A stretch of 64,000 nucleotides of DNA from Lingula anatina (Eukaryota > Animalia > Brachiopoda), in the NCBI GenBank assembly GCA_051362555.1, contig CM120649.1:7378001-7442000 (forward strand), written 5' to 3'. Positions within the stretch are counted from its first letter, which is position 1, and each line of letters opens with the position of its first letter. Both the position numbers and the translations under genes were made by a program. A model generated the notes under the pieces. The model was not told the DNA's origin. It searched no databases and saw only the letters and a list, made by a program, of their open reading frames with translations. Below are positions 41,725 to 54,546 of this stretch, piece by piece.

Positions 41725-41997
41725 GTTTCCGTTGTACACTGGTTTAACAACGTTTTAAATGTTTTAATCCCTGTACTGTGAATAAAAGGGGGCGGGCAAA
41801 CAATGGAGAGACGTATTAATCCCTTCAAAATTCAAACGCACAAACACAATAGCTTAGGTGGAATAACACAATACTTAAGACGAGTGAACCCCTTAACGCC
41901 GGTTTCTGTGGTCAAGGGCGACAATCAACTGTACCTAGGTGTAATTAACAGCAGGATACATCAACCAGAAAGTCCCTATTGTTTGTTGCGGCGGTAG
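41725..41997 (+). repeat. Direct repeat R, copy 2
   Basis: Similar to 36578-36812, with ~40 extra bp. Confidence 0.9.
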
Positions 41998-42127
41998 GAT
42001 TATAGCTTTAAGAGGCTATACCGCGTGCTACCGCGTGCCACTAAACCGTCTCCCGTAGCGAACTGTCCTTTTGTTCACTAGCTTGGCACGCGCAGCTGAT
42101 CATATTTTAAGTGTTGCTAGCCAAGAA

Positions 42128-42295
42128 CAGGCCCGTAACCAGCAATTTCAAAAGGGTGGTTCTTTTTCTGAAAAAGTGGACCTTTTCCCATAAAAACCTC
42201 TTGTACCTAAATCAAATTTTACCCAGAGTGGACCTTTTCCCAGCAAAAGGGGCGATTCTTTCGAACCCCCAGAACCCCCCCTGGCTACGGGCCTG
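42128..42295. mobile_element. hAT-like MITE with 6-bp TSD
   Basis: caagaa|CAGGCCCGTAACCAG...CTGGCTACGGGCCTG|caagaa. Confidence 0.8.
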
Positions 42296-42769
42296 CAAGA
42301 AGATATAACTTCCTGTACTAGCAAACTGCTAGTTAAATTTGGTATCAGTTATTTAATTCAATATGAAGTGTTCCGTAGTCAAAAACTGAATTTGATTAAC
42401 ATGCATAAGCATCAGCATTGTGCATCAGCATGATCAACAATTCACCCTGTTTCAAAATTCTTATTGCAGATAGTATTTATAAATTATGAATGATGATGGC
42501 CAAAAATTTTGAAGATTAAAGATGCTCCGTATATAAATTTCCATCCTCGCGACCTGTGTAAAAAATAAAGATTAAAAGTAACAAAGAAAGCAACATTTTT
42601 TTTAATATTTACAGAACAAGCTGAAATGTAGCCTCAATTACTAAAAAAATTTATTTGATATGGACAATTGGCTTGTACCAGTCTTATTTTATTAACATTC
42701 TCCATCGTCACCGTTGAATTAACATTATTATTTTACAGCACTAACCTTATTTAACAATCTAATTGTTTA

Positions 42770-44200
42770 GGCCTGGTTTAAGTTTGTTTAAGAAATGATA
42801 GCTGTCGTGTTTAACAATAGACTGCCAGCTATAGTAAGATCCCCCTCCTCTTTTAACCGATGTCATTCATTGTTAATTGCCCGTAATTTATATAGTGTGA
42901 TCACACTGTCAGTCTTCCCCCTGTTACACGCTGGAGTTAAATTGTCCTTGGGCCACTGCTCGATATTTTTTCCTATTCTGTTGTTTATATAAACTTTTTC
43001 ACTTCTTTTCAAATATTTTCATCTCATTTTCCATTGTGCGCTCCGAGAAACGGATTATTATTTCCCACAACAGAATAAGTTTTAAAGCAATTTGTCAGCT
43101 CATAACTATGACATGGCGCCCTTTTTTCTGGTTGCTGTTTAAAAATGGACATTAGTTTGTCGAGGTTTAATGCTTACCCTAACGAAAAAGTCCTATAGGA
43201 TCCTTTAGGGCTTTTTCGTAAGGGTAGCTCTTATAACGTTATATTTATGTGCATCTAAACGATAAGATGTCAGTTTTATACTTGACTGTTATTGCCCGGT
43301 GTCGCACGTATGCTTTCTTACAACAGTGATCTAAAACAGGTCGCTAGTGGATTTAAATATAGCAAATCTGTTCGACAGGACGTTTCTCCACAGCGGCCGA
43401 ACACACAGTGATTGTACAGGCCTTGGTTTTAGCTTGTTTGAAATGATAACAATCACGTTTAACAACAGAGTGTGAGCTATAGTAAGACCCCCCTCTTCTT
43501 TAACCGATGTCATACATTGTTAATTGGCCGTACTTTATATCGTGTGATCACACTGTCAGTCTTCACATGTTACACGCTGGAGTAAAATTGTCCTTGCGAC
43601 ACTGCTCGATATTTTCTCCTATTCTGCTGTTTATATTAACCTTCTCATTTATTGTTGTATAATATCATCTCATTAACCATTGTTCGCTCTTAGAAACGGG
43701 GGATTTAGCCATTTTTCTCATAACTATGACAGGGCACCCTTTTTTCTCGTTGTTGTTTAAAATTGGACGTTAGTTTGTCGAGGTTTATTGCTTAGCTCTT
43801 ATCGCGTTATATTTGTGTGCATCTAAACGATAAGATGTCAATTTTTCACTTCACTGTTATTGCCCGGTGTCGCACGTATGCTTTCTTACTACAGTGATAT
43901 AAACAGGTCGCTAGTGGATTTAAATATAGCAAATTGAAAAAATCTGTTCGACAGGACGTTTCTCCACAGCAGCCGGACACACAGCAATTGTGAAAGCGTG
44001 ATTTTAGCTTGCTTGAGATTGATAACAATCGCGTTTAACAATAGATTGCGAGCTATAGTAAGAACCTCCCCCTCCTCTTTAAGCGACGTCACAATTAACA
44101 GTACTATAATGTAAAGGCGACAAGTTATTAGATTGTCAGCCTTTTCCCTTGTTGCACATTGGTCTTCGATTATCATTTCCCTACTGCTACATATTAGCTT
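42770..44200 (+). repeat. Tandem array of ~600-650-bp units (about 2.3 copies)
   Basis: gtttaacaa.aga....gctatagtaaga..cccctc recurs near 42809, 43457 and 44033; ttattgcccggtgtcgcacgtatgctttctta near 43289 and 43857. Confidence 0.85.
43177..43224. mobile_element. 48-bp palindromic mini-insertion with TA duplication
   Basis: ta|ccctaacgaaaaagtcctataggatcctttagggctttttcgtaaggg|ta; the next tandem unit has the empty site gcttagctctt (~43790). Confidence 0.85.
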
Positions 44201-47089
44201 TTATTGGCATTTTTTTTAAAAAAATCGTATTTATTTTCAATACTTTTACTACATTAGTCTTAGTGTGTTATGAGAAACGGGGGGATTTTTAACACAGCAA
44301 AAGAAATGGGAGTGGGGGGTTCAAGATCAAAAGGATTTTTTTAAGGAATTGTCTAATAGGTTGCTGTGTTATTTAAACCAAAACGATTTCCTGAAAATCA
44401 AATTAAAAATTAATGTCTATTCCAAAAAAGTGTACATTAATACATCAATGAGTTTGCATTTAATGTACTTCCTCCTTAAGGGTTATGTGCTGAATATAAT
44501 GGCACACCTTGATGCGAAACAGTCTATTGTTTCTTCCACCTTGGGTCCCTTATATTTAAGTACTATGTTGTATTACTCATATTATCCATTCCATTTGACA
44601 CTCTCTCTGTTTTTCTCCCTTCCACTCTCTCTTGTAAGGAGGGGAAATAATAAAGCACCAAAATTTTGCATCGATCTTCAGAAAAGAAATGAGTCAATGA
44701 ACCAGTGGGCTGGTCCACAACGTCCGATATAGCAAAATTAAATCAAATGACAGCTGGCACAATTTTAACTGCAGTTAGCTAGTGTCGCTAAAGATATAAT
44801 CCGCGCTTGAAGCTGTTGAACAAAAGGATGGTTCGCTACCGTTTGTTTACATAAGTTCTCTAAGGGGGCGTACCTACCCAGGCGAACAGGGGATTAGGCT
44901 AGTCACTATAAGCCGTCAACAATCGTTTAGCGACCCTATCATTATACACTCCCTCTATTGTATTTTCCACCGCAATAATCACAGTGTAATCTTCAAATGG
45001 TCCACGGGGTAAATATACTAGAACGGTATATACTTTGTTCAGATTTTTAATAAAATGTTCTGTACTTCTATCTCGAAAACTTTATGTACTTGTACTCCAT
45101 GAAAATAAATTGTTTGATAAAATTATTATCTATCCTTGATTTGCATCATCACACTAAGAAATATTCAGAAAATGGATGAAAAGATTTGAATTTTGTACTC
45201 TTAACTTTATATTTGTATATAAATATATATATTCTTCGGGGGTAATCGTCCGGGGGGGGGGGGGGGGGATTGTCCTGGGGGGGATATTGTCCGGGGGGAA
45301 TAGTCCGGGGGGGGGGGGGGATTGTCCTGATACCGTATGAGTAAAATATCGCAAGGGCAATGTACATGTAGAAGCCAATCAGAGGTTTAAGCTAGATACA
45401 ACACCTGTTCGGTATTTTGTCATATCATGCTTATTTTCGAGCATGATACCGTGCCTAACAAAACATATTGCCGTTCATCACCAATACCTGAGTGACTTAG
45501 GTGTGATTTCCTGCAAGGCTGTCAATAGTTCCCAAATTGGGTTGTTCAAGTAGCGATCAAAGTGGTCTCCTCCTCGACATGCTCGTGATTATCTTGTTAT
45601 GACCCAAACAATCAACGGTTAATAGGCTTCTTAACAGCATGTCAGCTTGTTATCGACCCGTCAAAAGGTACTGTAGCTGACAGACGTCATAACTGCTTTG
45701 TTGTGAAGTTATAAGTGACATATCTGAGACGGAATATGTCGGAAGTATCGCAAAATTTAAATCATGTTTACCATGTTGTGCGGTAGTCGTGTATGTCTTT
45801 ATAGGTACAGTACCTATACAAGCTGTACGACTTAAGTTTTGATTGGAAAAGTGCCAATGCCGATCAATCAGTTTACTATCCTCGACATCTGCAAAAAGGT
45901 ACTCTTAGTCAGAAGCATTTGAAAAAGTCATCAGTTGTTATCATGATGGTTATTTGACTTTTGATCTGACAAATTAATGTTCCATCTGAAAAACGACTTA
46001 CCAAAACCAAACCAAAGTGTACCTCACTGAATAAAAGCACTCTTTCTTTAAAGGCTAGCAATCATATTAAGATACAAATGTTAAATTGTTCATTAGTATG
46101 GGATTTGGTTGGTCTTCTTGACATTCATGAGATATACATGTACCAGTGTACCGCCTTGTGGTCAGTCCCCTTGAATTTGTAAAATTTTGTTTCAACTTTG
46201 AAATTTTGTATGAAAATACCGTAAAATGCGCTATTTTGTATCTAATAGTCGTTTGCTATTATTTTTTCATTTAATGTTTCGACATTTCTTGATTTTTAAA
46301 TAGGCGCGTTTCTTTTCTTTATTGGCTTATCTTCTGAAAACATTACTTGTCATTCAGTTGTTTTGTAAAAATATATACCGGGTATATTGTGATCAGTAGT
46401 GAACTGCACTACATGTAAAACGTCCAATGTTACTCGAAGGTGAAACTCATATCGGAATTTCGTTTTTTTACGAGTTTCAATCGATCACATCAGGGAATAT
46501 AAACTAATATATATATAGTCGTAAGTCTAATGTGTCAAAGGCAATATCATAAAGTTATAATGAATAAAATTTAATTGAATTACCATGGACAGTTGCGGAT
46601 TTAAAGTTTACAGTTCGGGACATCTTTTTCTTTTTTAATCCACCAAATATATATTCTTACTAGTCCAATCATTTTGCACATTTAATTTCATGAGTCCAAT
46701 AATTTGTTGATATTCATCTTAAGTAAAGGAAAAACCATGTGTTATGGTAGATAATCTTGGTACATACCAGTACTTGTCGTTAAAGAGAGTCGTATTCTAA
46801 TCAATAGGATGTGGCTATCTCCAGTGATTCAACAATTAGTTAGATGAGATCCACCATTGATGATCATTTTCCCCTTGTGAAAAACCTAAAAAAAATTCCA
46901 GTAACGGTAATTTCCACAATAACAAGACCCAAGACGCCTTTTCTCTTTCTTATTTACAGGTCGAATTGTATGTTACTCAAGAGTACCAACGAAGGACTGA
47001 ACACTGCTGAGGAGTTATAGTAAGCGATATTAAAGATATTAACTCACGCTCTGTTCTGCGCCACCTGTAAGCGCTACTGCTGCACGAAA

Positions 47090-50000
47090 ATGTTTTTCTT
47101 GAGAAAGATAGAGATTATCCGTTTGATTTTATGTGGGCTGATATTTCTTCATCCGACGCTAGAAAAAGGTCAATCCACTAATTTCACACAAAAGTCAACC
47201 AATCTGGGGATATGGACGCTTGAGAGATTTCGGAGGGACTCATCATTTGCTTGGGGTGCAACACCAGAAGAAACAGACAAAAAATTGCCAGCTACAGAAG
47301 ACGGGATACTCGATGAAGTCACACAAGAGTCACCTACTACTGAGGGTGGAATGAATGTGGACGTCACACAAGAGTCCCCTACTACTGAGGGTGGAATGAA
47401 CGCGGAAGTCACTCAAGTGTCGCCCACTACTGACGGTGGTATGAACGTGGAAGTCACACAAGAGTCCCCTACTACTGAGGGTGGAATGAACGTGGAAGTC
47501 ACACAAGAGTCCCCTACTATTGAGGGTGGAATGAACGTGGAAGTCACACAAGAGTCCCCTACTACTGAGGGTGGAATGAACGTGGACGTTACAAAAGAGC
47601 CGTCCACTACTGAGGGTGGAGTGAACGTGGACGTCACACATGAGCCGTCCACTACTGAGGGTGGAATGGACTTGGACGTCACACAGGAGTCGCCCACTAC
47701 TGAGGGTGGAATGAACGTGGACGTCACACAAGAGTCGCCCACTACTGAGGGTGGAATGAACGCGGAAGTCACACAGGTGTCGCCCACTACTGAGGGTTTT
47801 ATGAACGTGGAAGTCACACAAGAGTCTCCCACTACTGAGGGTGGAATGAACGCGGAAGTCACACAGGTGTCGCCCACTACTGAGGGTGGAATGAACGCGG
47901 AAGTCACACAAGAGTCGCCCACTACTGAGGGTGGAATGAACGTGGACGTCACACAAGAGCCGTCCACTACTGAGGGTGGAATGAACGTGGACGTCACACA
48001 AGAGTCCCCCACTACTGAGGGTGGTATGCACGTGAACGTCACACAAGAGTCGCCTACTACTGAGGGTGGAATGCCCGTGGACGTCACACAAGAGTCGCCC
48101 ACTACTGAGGGTGGAATGAACGTGGAAGTCACACAAGAGCCGTCCACTACTGAGGGTGGAGTGAACGTGGACGTCACACAAGAGTCGCCTACTACTGAGG
48201 GTGGAATGCCCGTGGATGTCACACAAAGGTCCACCACTGTTGAGGGTGGTATGGACGCGGACGTCACACAAGGTTCGCCTACTACTGAGGGTGGAATGCA
48301 CGTGGACGTCACACAAGATTCGCCCAATACTGAGGGGGGAATGCACGTGGACGTCACGCAGGAGTCACCCAGTCAAGAGGATACATTGCATGAAAAACCG
48401 GACAACAGGAGGGAAACCTCTTCTATCCCAGAAGTGACTCTCATGCCGTACAGATGGCTCTGTGCGAGTGAAGGTAAATACAGCATCCAGGTTCACTGCA
48501 ACTGCGACCCTCTGTGTGTTCTCTATGATGACTGCTGTTATGGTATGACAGAAAATGCAACTGTGTGCGCTGCCTCTGTCAGATTAACAAGGACACACGA
48601 CACAATGCAATCTATTCCTGAAACTAACGAAACAGAAACTCAAAGTGACAGCACCACCTCGATTGCATTCCGTAATAAAACAGCTTCTTTGATACGGGGG
48701 AAAGAAGAAGTCGACCCTGTGTCTATTTTGCTGGCACATAAAAGCTCCTGTAGAAGAAGTCCCACTTTAAGTCAACAAAACCGACAAACCACATTACCCT
48801 ATGTGGATAATTTTGGACTGAGTTTCTGGATGGTTGACCAGTGCCCGTCGTCTTGGCTAGAAGAAGAAAGCGTTGACAAATGTACTTATATCTCAAATAC
48901 TAGCCTCACAGAAGACGTGGTATTGTACCAGCCAGTCACCGACTCAGATTCAATGATCACCTTCAGAAACAAGTACTGTGCAACTTGTCATGGTATTAAA
49001 AACGGCGGGGAACCATGGGAACTCGCCGTCTATTCCACTACATACGTACCAGTTGACTCCATTGCAAATTGCAGCTCCTCGGATTGCGTGTTAAGAAAAC
49101 TCAAAGAAAGCGGAAGTAATTTAATTTTCGAGCCAAAACCGGAGTGGCATTTAAGAACATGCTTCAGGGAAGCCGAGGACGATGACTTCGGTCCTTGCAA
49201 GTTCGGTTTTATCAATGGAAGCCTACTCCGTGTACCTCGTCCACTCCCCCTGCACTCAGCTTTAAGAGATGCATGTATGGCGTACAACAATCCCGTTGTC
49301 GTCGGCGGTTTTGATAAAAGTTACAAGAACTTCCACTGCATGATCTGTTATAGAGGTGATTCTACATTCTGCGAAGGTGAGTGGTGCGTTTAAATATGAG
49401 AAACCCCATGTGTAAAAATATCAAAACCGTGCATCATTGGCGTGAATAATTTTCATTAAGCTTACTTGCCTCCCTCGATTTCGCCAATAGTAGGTATCAA
49501 AACGAAAATGGCTAAATGTAATTGATATTGACTTTGTGATGTGCGATATCTTTTGATTCTGTTTATGTTTGTGAAAATTACATGCATAAATGCAGGTTTG
49601 TGAAATTGCAGTTCAAATTAGTTTTCATTTCTAATCCGGAAAAAGCAACAACTGATTGTGTATTGACGGGAAAACTGAAATGAGCTACTGAGAAAATCGC
49701 GCCTTTTTCGAGATATGATGTAAGTCATTATCATTCCGATATAAGGTATAATTATTACCTTTTGCATCTTGGGATTGAGAGTCACTTTAATGTAGTACGC
49801 TTGTTTCATTATGTTTTATATATAAAAAGCCATTGTTCAGATCGAGGATCAAATAAGTAGCAGGTAAAAATCGTGAATCCAAGGAAGCGAATCTAAAACA
49901 CTTCACATTTTCTCATAAGACAAATATAAAGTCGACTTACCAAGGAATAAACCGAACCAGTTGCTTGATGTCCTTTGGTATCTCTATTGGTTACACTTTT

Positions 50001-51314
50001 TGATACCTTATGGTGGCGTTTGGTCGGGTTTTGTGGCAGCTTTAAATTCGGCTGTAAATGGAAGCACGTAGCACGTATTAGGTCACCACAAATGGCAGTT
50101 TCATTTTTTAATAGGCTTAAACGTCTCACACGCTCCCTCGAGTTGCTAGGGAGTAATTAACTAATTAAATAGCTACTCAAGGAGGCGTGTCACACAGTTA
50201 AGCTGATTACACTGAATACATTTTAGCGAGAATACCCTGCAGGGTTGGTTCAATTCAGCTGGTACGATATTTGAATCTTAACGCGGTCCTAAGTCAAAAT
50301 ATAATTCTAGTTGTTCAAACTACACCTACACGATCATGTTTGTCAAGCTTAAATGTCCACTAATTAATTCACAAATGTTATATTCAGATCACTATTCCAC
50401 ACCGCCACTAGAAAGATTCTTCGGTCTTTCTCTCCGCGCTCTACTGTATGTGGGAGATCAAGACAAGAAACAGAGTGATGACGTCATGACTAGGGTGAGA
50501 AGAACGGACTGCAATAATCATAAATGATGAGGATGATAATGAAAATTGCATTTAGATATAAATAGATTGATTGATAGATTGATAGATAGATTGTAAATAA
50601 CTACTTTATCAATTCATGTTAATATTCTAATATGATTGTCAGAAGTTTCTTCCCGATTTTATTGATGTTAACTGCTGCTCGGACCGTGAGTAGTAAAACT
50701 ATGCATGCACAATATACATCTGCACACGTGCCTTTTTCCAGCCTGTAGATCAGCAGATAGTGTGCCCCCCTGGTTTTATTCCTGATGCCCAGGGCTGCCG
50801 CCCCCTTATGTACAATTTCACGGTGGTGCGGTCGCCCGTTCTCTTACATTTTGAGCCGTGTGGCTGGGTTCCAACACCAAGAGAGGGCTGTAGAGATATC
50901 AAAAGTGATGGTCGATTGATAGCTGCACTGAGAGCGGTGCGGGCACTTTTTCTTGCCTGTAGTCAGACACCCAGCGCGGATAACACGTCTATCGCCTTTG
51001 TCCTCAAAACAATAGTCACTCTTCGCGTAAGACTAGCCCACTACGAAGAAGTTCGCAATGTTTTTGACCAAGTACAAGCATGGATGGAAAATGCTCTGCA
51101 AAACGTGCAGTTGAAGATATCCGGAGGGCCAGTGGGTATACGTTCAGGATCGTCCTCTGCCTGCATGAAGAACGTCACGAACCACAACTCCGTGACGCCA
51201 TTTAATGGAGCGACCACGCTCTCAACCCCGAAGCAGAGCCGCGGAAACATACCTGTCGGTAACGTTACACTTTTAATGTTAATGGCGCTGGTGGCAGCGG
51301 CGTGGGATTTCTAG
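47090..51314 (+). CDS. Secreted, probably GPI-anchored mucin-repeat protein with somatomedin-B-like Cys-rich domains, ~988 aa; exons 47090-49376, 50388-50494, 50742-51314
   Basis: Hydrophobic N-terminus, RFRR site, 23 x 15-aa repeats, CNCDPLCVLYDDCC motif, FRNKYCATCH and YKNFHCMIC modules; donors G|GTGAGT and AGG|GTGAGA with phase-consistent acceptors; hydrophobic C-terminal LLMLMALVAAAWDF without a cytoplasmic tail; 5' UTR acceptor at 46959. Confidence 0.85.
47318..48370 (+). repeat. Coding 45-bp minisatellite (VTQESPTTEGGMNVD), 23 full units plus a partial one
   Basis: Counted from the translation. Confidence 0.95.
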
Positions 51315-54300
51315 CTATGGGTAAAACCATTTAAAGAAAGATATAGGATTGGACACTACTTTGGCTATAACTAATCCTAACATGTATATCTAAGTTTTTT
51401 CATTGTTGTTTTGTAGTTTGATGTTTTTAATTATAACCAAGTTTTAAAAACAGTTACAGTTTTACTATTAAAAATTCACCTCAAATATGTGTGTAGACGC
51501 TATGACCTCTGCCAGCAAGTTTCCGTTTTTGGCGTTGGTTTGTTTGTTAGATAACAAAAATTATGAACGCATTTTGATAAACTCTTCAGGATAAGTCAGA
51601 AATGGACCAACTTAGAAATAATAAAATTTTGTTCTTTATTTGATTAATTAATCATGATAATGAGCCGTCTTTTTTTTTTAAATCAAGACGCTTTATTCTG
51701 TATAGAATAATCCGTACATGCAGCAGACTAGAGCTATATATATATACAAGAGGCCATACCAAAGGCCCTACATAACGTCTTGCTGGACAGTTCAGTAAAA
51801 AGCATATACACTGTTTTTACAGTGTAGAATTAGCCAGAGACATATCTGTGAATTTCTATTGAAAATCAATCTGTGGTCCTGGTAGAGGGAAGAAGATTAG
51901 ATTTGTTTTACTATTTGATTCATTTGATTCACTGTTTAAACAGCAACAATGTCTTGTGGTGCAGTGCATGTCTGGTAACATACATGTAGTAAATTGATCA
52001 TTGAGAGAACATTACTTGTACACGTAACAAGCATTTTCATGATCGAAGTGATATTATTATCAATTTGACAAACAAAAAGTAGACGTATTGGTGCAAAGGT
52101 CGACAATTTGCAAAAGGGAAAGTTGCGTGTTATACAATATTCCAGAAACTGGCCAATTTACTTGAATAATTTAATTCATAGTACATTGAGCATTGAACTA
52201 CATGTACGAATTATGGATTACATTTGGTGTAAAGTAAATTTCAAGTTATGTAGCTAATTTCAGGATTTTAACTAAATTCGGCGCTAGCTTAAATAACTAC
52301 ATGTATAGTAGTAGGATAAAACATGATATGATTGCACACAATTTATGTTTTAAAGGATTTATTGTTTGTCGATAATAAAACCTAGATTACATTTGCAAAG
52401 ACACAGTATGATTAAATCGTATACGATTTTCGTTTTTTTTTTTTTTTTTTTTTATCGTGCGTGGCTACTGGCTTCGGTGAATATGTTTACATTACGTGCG
52501 GACGCCAGTGCTATTTCTCCCACATGACCTCCAGGTCAAGTAAAAAAAAACGGTTTTTCGAAAAAGAAAAGTAACCTTTCAGTCTCAGTGCATTTGCCGT
52601 AAGCGGCTTCCTTGTAGATCAATGCATTGTCGGCGCAGCACACATGTGGTCAGAAAAGGGAAACATTCTGCATGTGATTAACACTAAGTTTTCTAAAATA
52701 TCTTTACCATTGTTATTCCCCCTTAACCCACCAAAGCTGGAAAGGAAAAAAGTCCAACAACAGGTTTAACCATTTTTTACGATCACGGCAAGTCACCGAA
52801 CAATGCCCGGACGGGAGCTGTAAAATGCCAACTTCGATATATTGTTACGGTCGACGGGCTTGTTATTTTCAAAAATTATCATAATTGTGTTAACTTCACA
52901 AAACCAAAGAGCCTACGGTGGCCGTGAATCCGCACGATTTTACACGGCCACCGTCTGCCTCCGCTCAGAGGCCATACGAAAAGGGAAGAAAAAGGAATGT
53001 ACGGACATCGAATGGCAAATGCAATCTAGGTTTAAAATTAGTACTTCACGCAATATTAAATGTCATTTTTTATACGGTAAATAGTTCTAGAATTTGAAAA
53101 CTTTTTTAAATGTTGTGAGTGACTTTAGTTGTTAATGTATCATGTTGTAGAGCAAAAGGTTACAATTACCCTTTCATTAATCGCAAAGACAGCAATTTTT
53201 AATTCAATCTTAATTAAGTACAGTTTGGACAGTTATGAATGCAGGTATCATTTTGTTAGGGAGTAAATTCAATGCCTAAGTGCGGAATTGTGTTCTGTAT
53301 AAGACAACTTAAAATTATGAACAACACAAGGGATTTAGTTAATTCAATGATTTCACAATCCAAAAGTATATTTTATGACGTTGAAAACAGCTGTGCACTA
53401 GCTGGGTGACTATAATTTGGAATTTATGGTCATGTAATTCAAATAAAATCTGTAAACCTTTCGTGTGCGTTCGGCTTAATTACTTCTTAGCAGCTCGAGG
53501 AGGCGAGTCAGACAATTAAGCCGATTCCACTGATTGCACTGTAGCGAGAATCCCCTGTAGAACAGGACTCAATTTTAATTGAATTTTATTAAACCATTGA
53601 GCCCTACAACTCATCAGAATAAAATACAGTAAAATATTAAGTCACAACAACAACAACAACAATACTACTACTACTTCTACTACCACTAATAATAATAACT
53701 CATCAGATTGATGCTAAATTTAATTTCTGTGCATATTTTAGGTACTTTCCTTAGTTGTTTAACTGTGAAACATTGTTAACTGATAACAATTTACTTGGTT
53801 TGAAAACGCTTGGTTTCCATAATTTTTTATGTATTTCTGCCTAATCGCACTGCAGCAAGAACATTTAAGAATAAAATAAAATTCATCCTCAATATCATTG
53901 AAATTGTATAAATTCTAAGTTCTTAATTTTTATTTGCATTTGTATACCTTCCAGTTTATACAGCTAGATTACGTGACGAATGTCTAAATTTACCAATAAA
54001 TACCTTGTATTTCTGTGATATTGGCTTATTCAACTAGAATTGCACTGCAAAACTGTCAACAAGATGTTGGTAAAATAACCCTTAAACCCTGTGGATATTT
54101 CCCCAGTCAATGTTTGTCCAAAATTATCTTTCAAAATTCTTCTATCAAAGACAGTATAAAATTATCTGAAATATTTTCGTAAAAAATAAATGACAAGCCA
54201 ATTGTTTCCAGTTCATTCCGTAAACACCAAATCCAATCAAAATTTTTGTTAATATCTTCATAGCAGAATTTTATAATACAGTTTTTCGAGGTGCGGATTT

Positions 54301-54546
54301 CCAACCAATGTTTTAAAATTCTTAAATCTACATGTACCAATCAAGTCCTTCTAGGGCTACAGTTAATGGCAATAAAAAATCAACCAATAAATACTACATG
54401 GAATGATAATTTACAGCTCAATTAACATATACCAGTAAACTGTCTAGTGTTAAATAATAGTTCCAAATACATAAAAAAACAGTATAATAAAAAGAGCAGA
54501 CATGATTTTCTTTCTTCAAACTCTCCATTTTGTAGCCTGTCTAATG

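Larger units (their letters stand above)
35998..45334. mobile_element. Candidate Pack-MULE-like element of ~9.3 kb enclosing a collagen-like gene
   Basis: Inverted repeats of ~240 bp (35998 to ~36235; ~45080 to 45334) with G...C termini, flanked by identical GTATGAGTA (35989-35997 and 45335-45343); no transposase ORF inside. Confidence 0.6.

Noticed and set aside
47170-48357. Antisense ORFs of 314 and 338 aa over the mucin repeat
   Set aside because: Shadow frames of the 45-bp repeat with no independent gene signals.
47318-48370. CRISPR-like regular repeats
   Set aside because: Contiguous coding tandem units without unique spacers, eukaryotic context, no cas genes.
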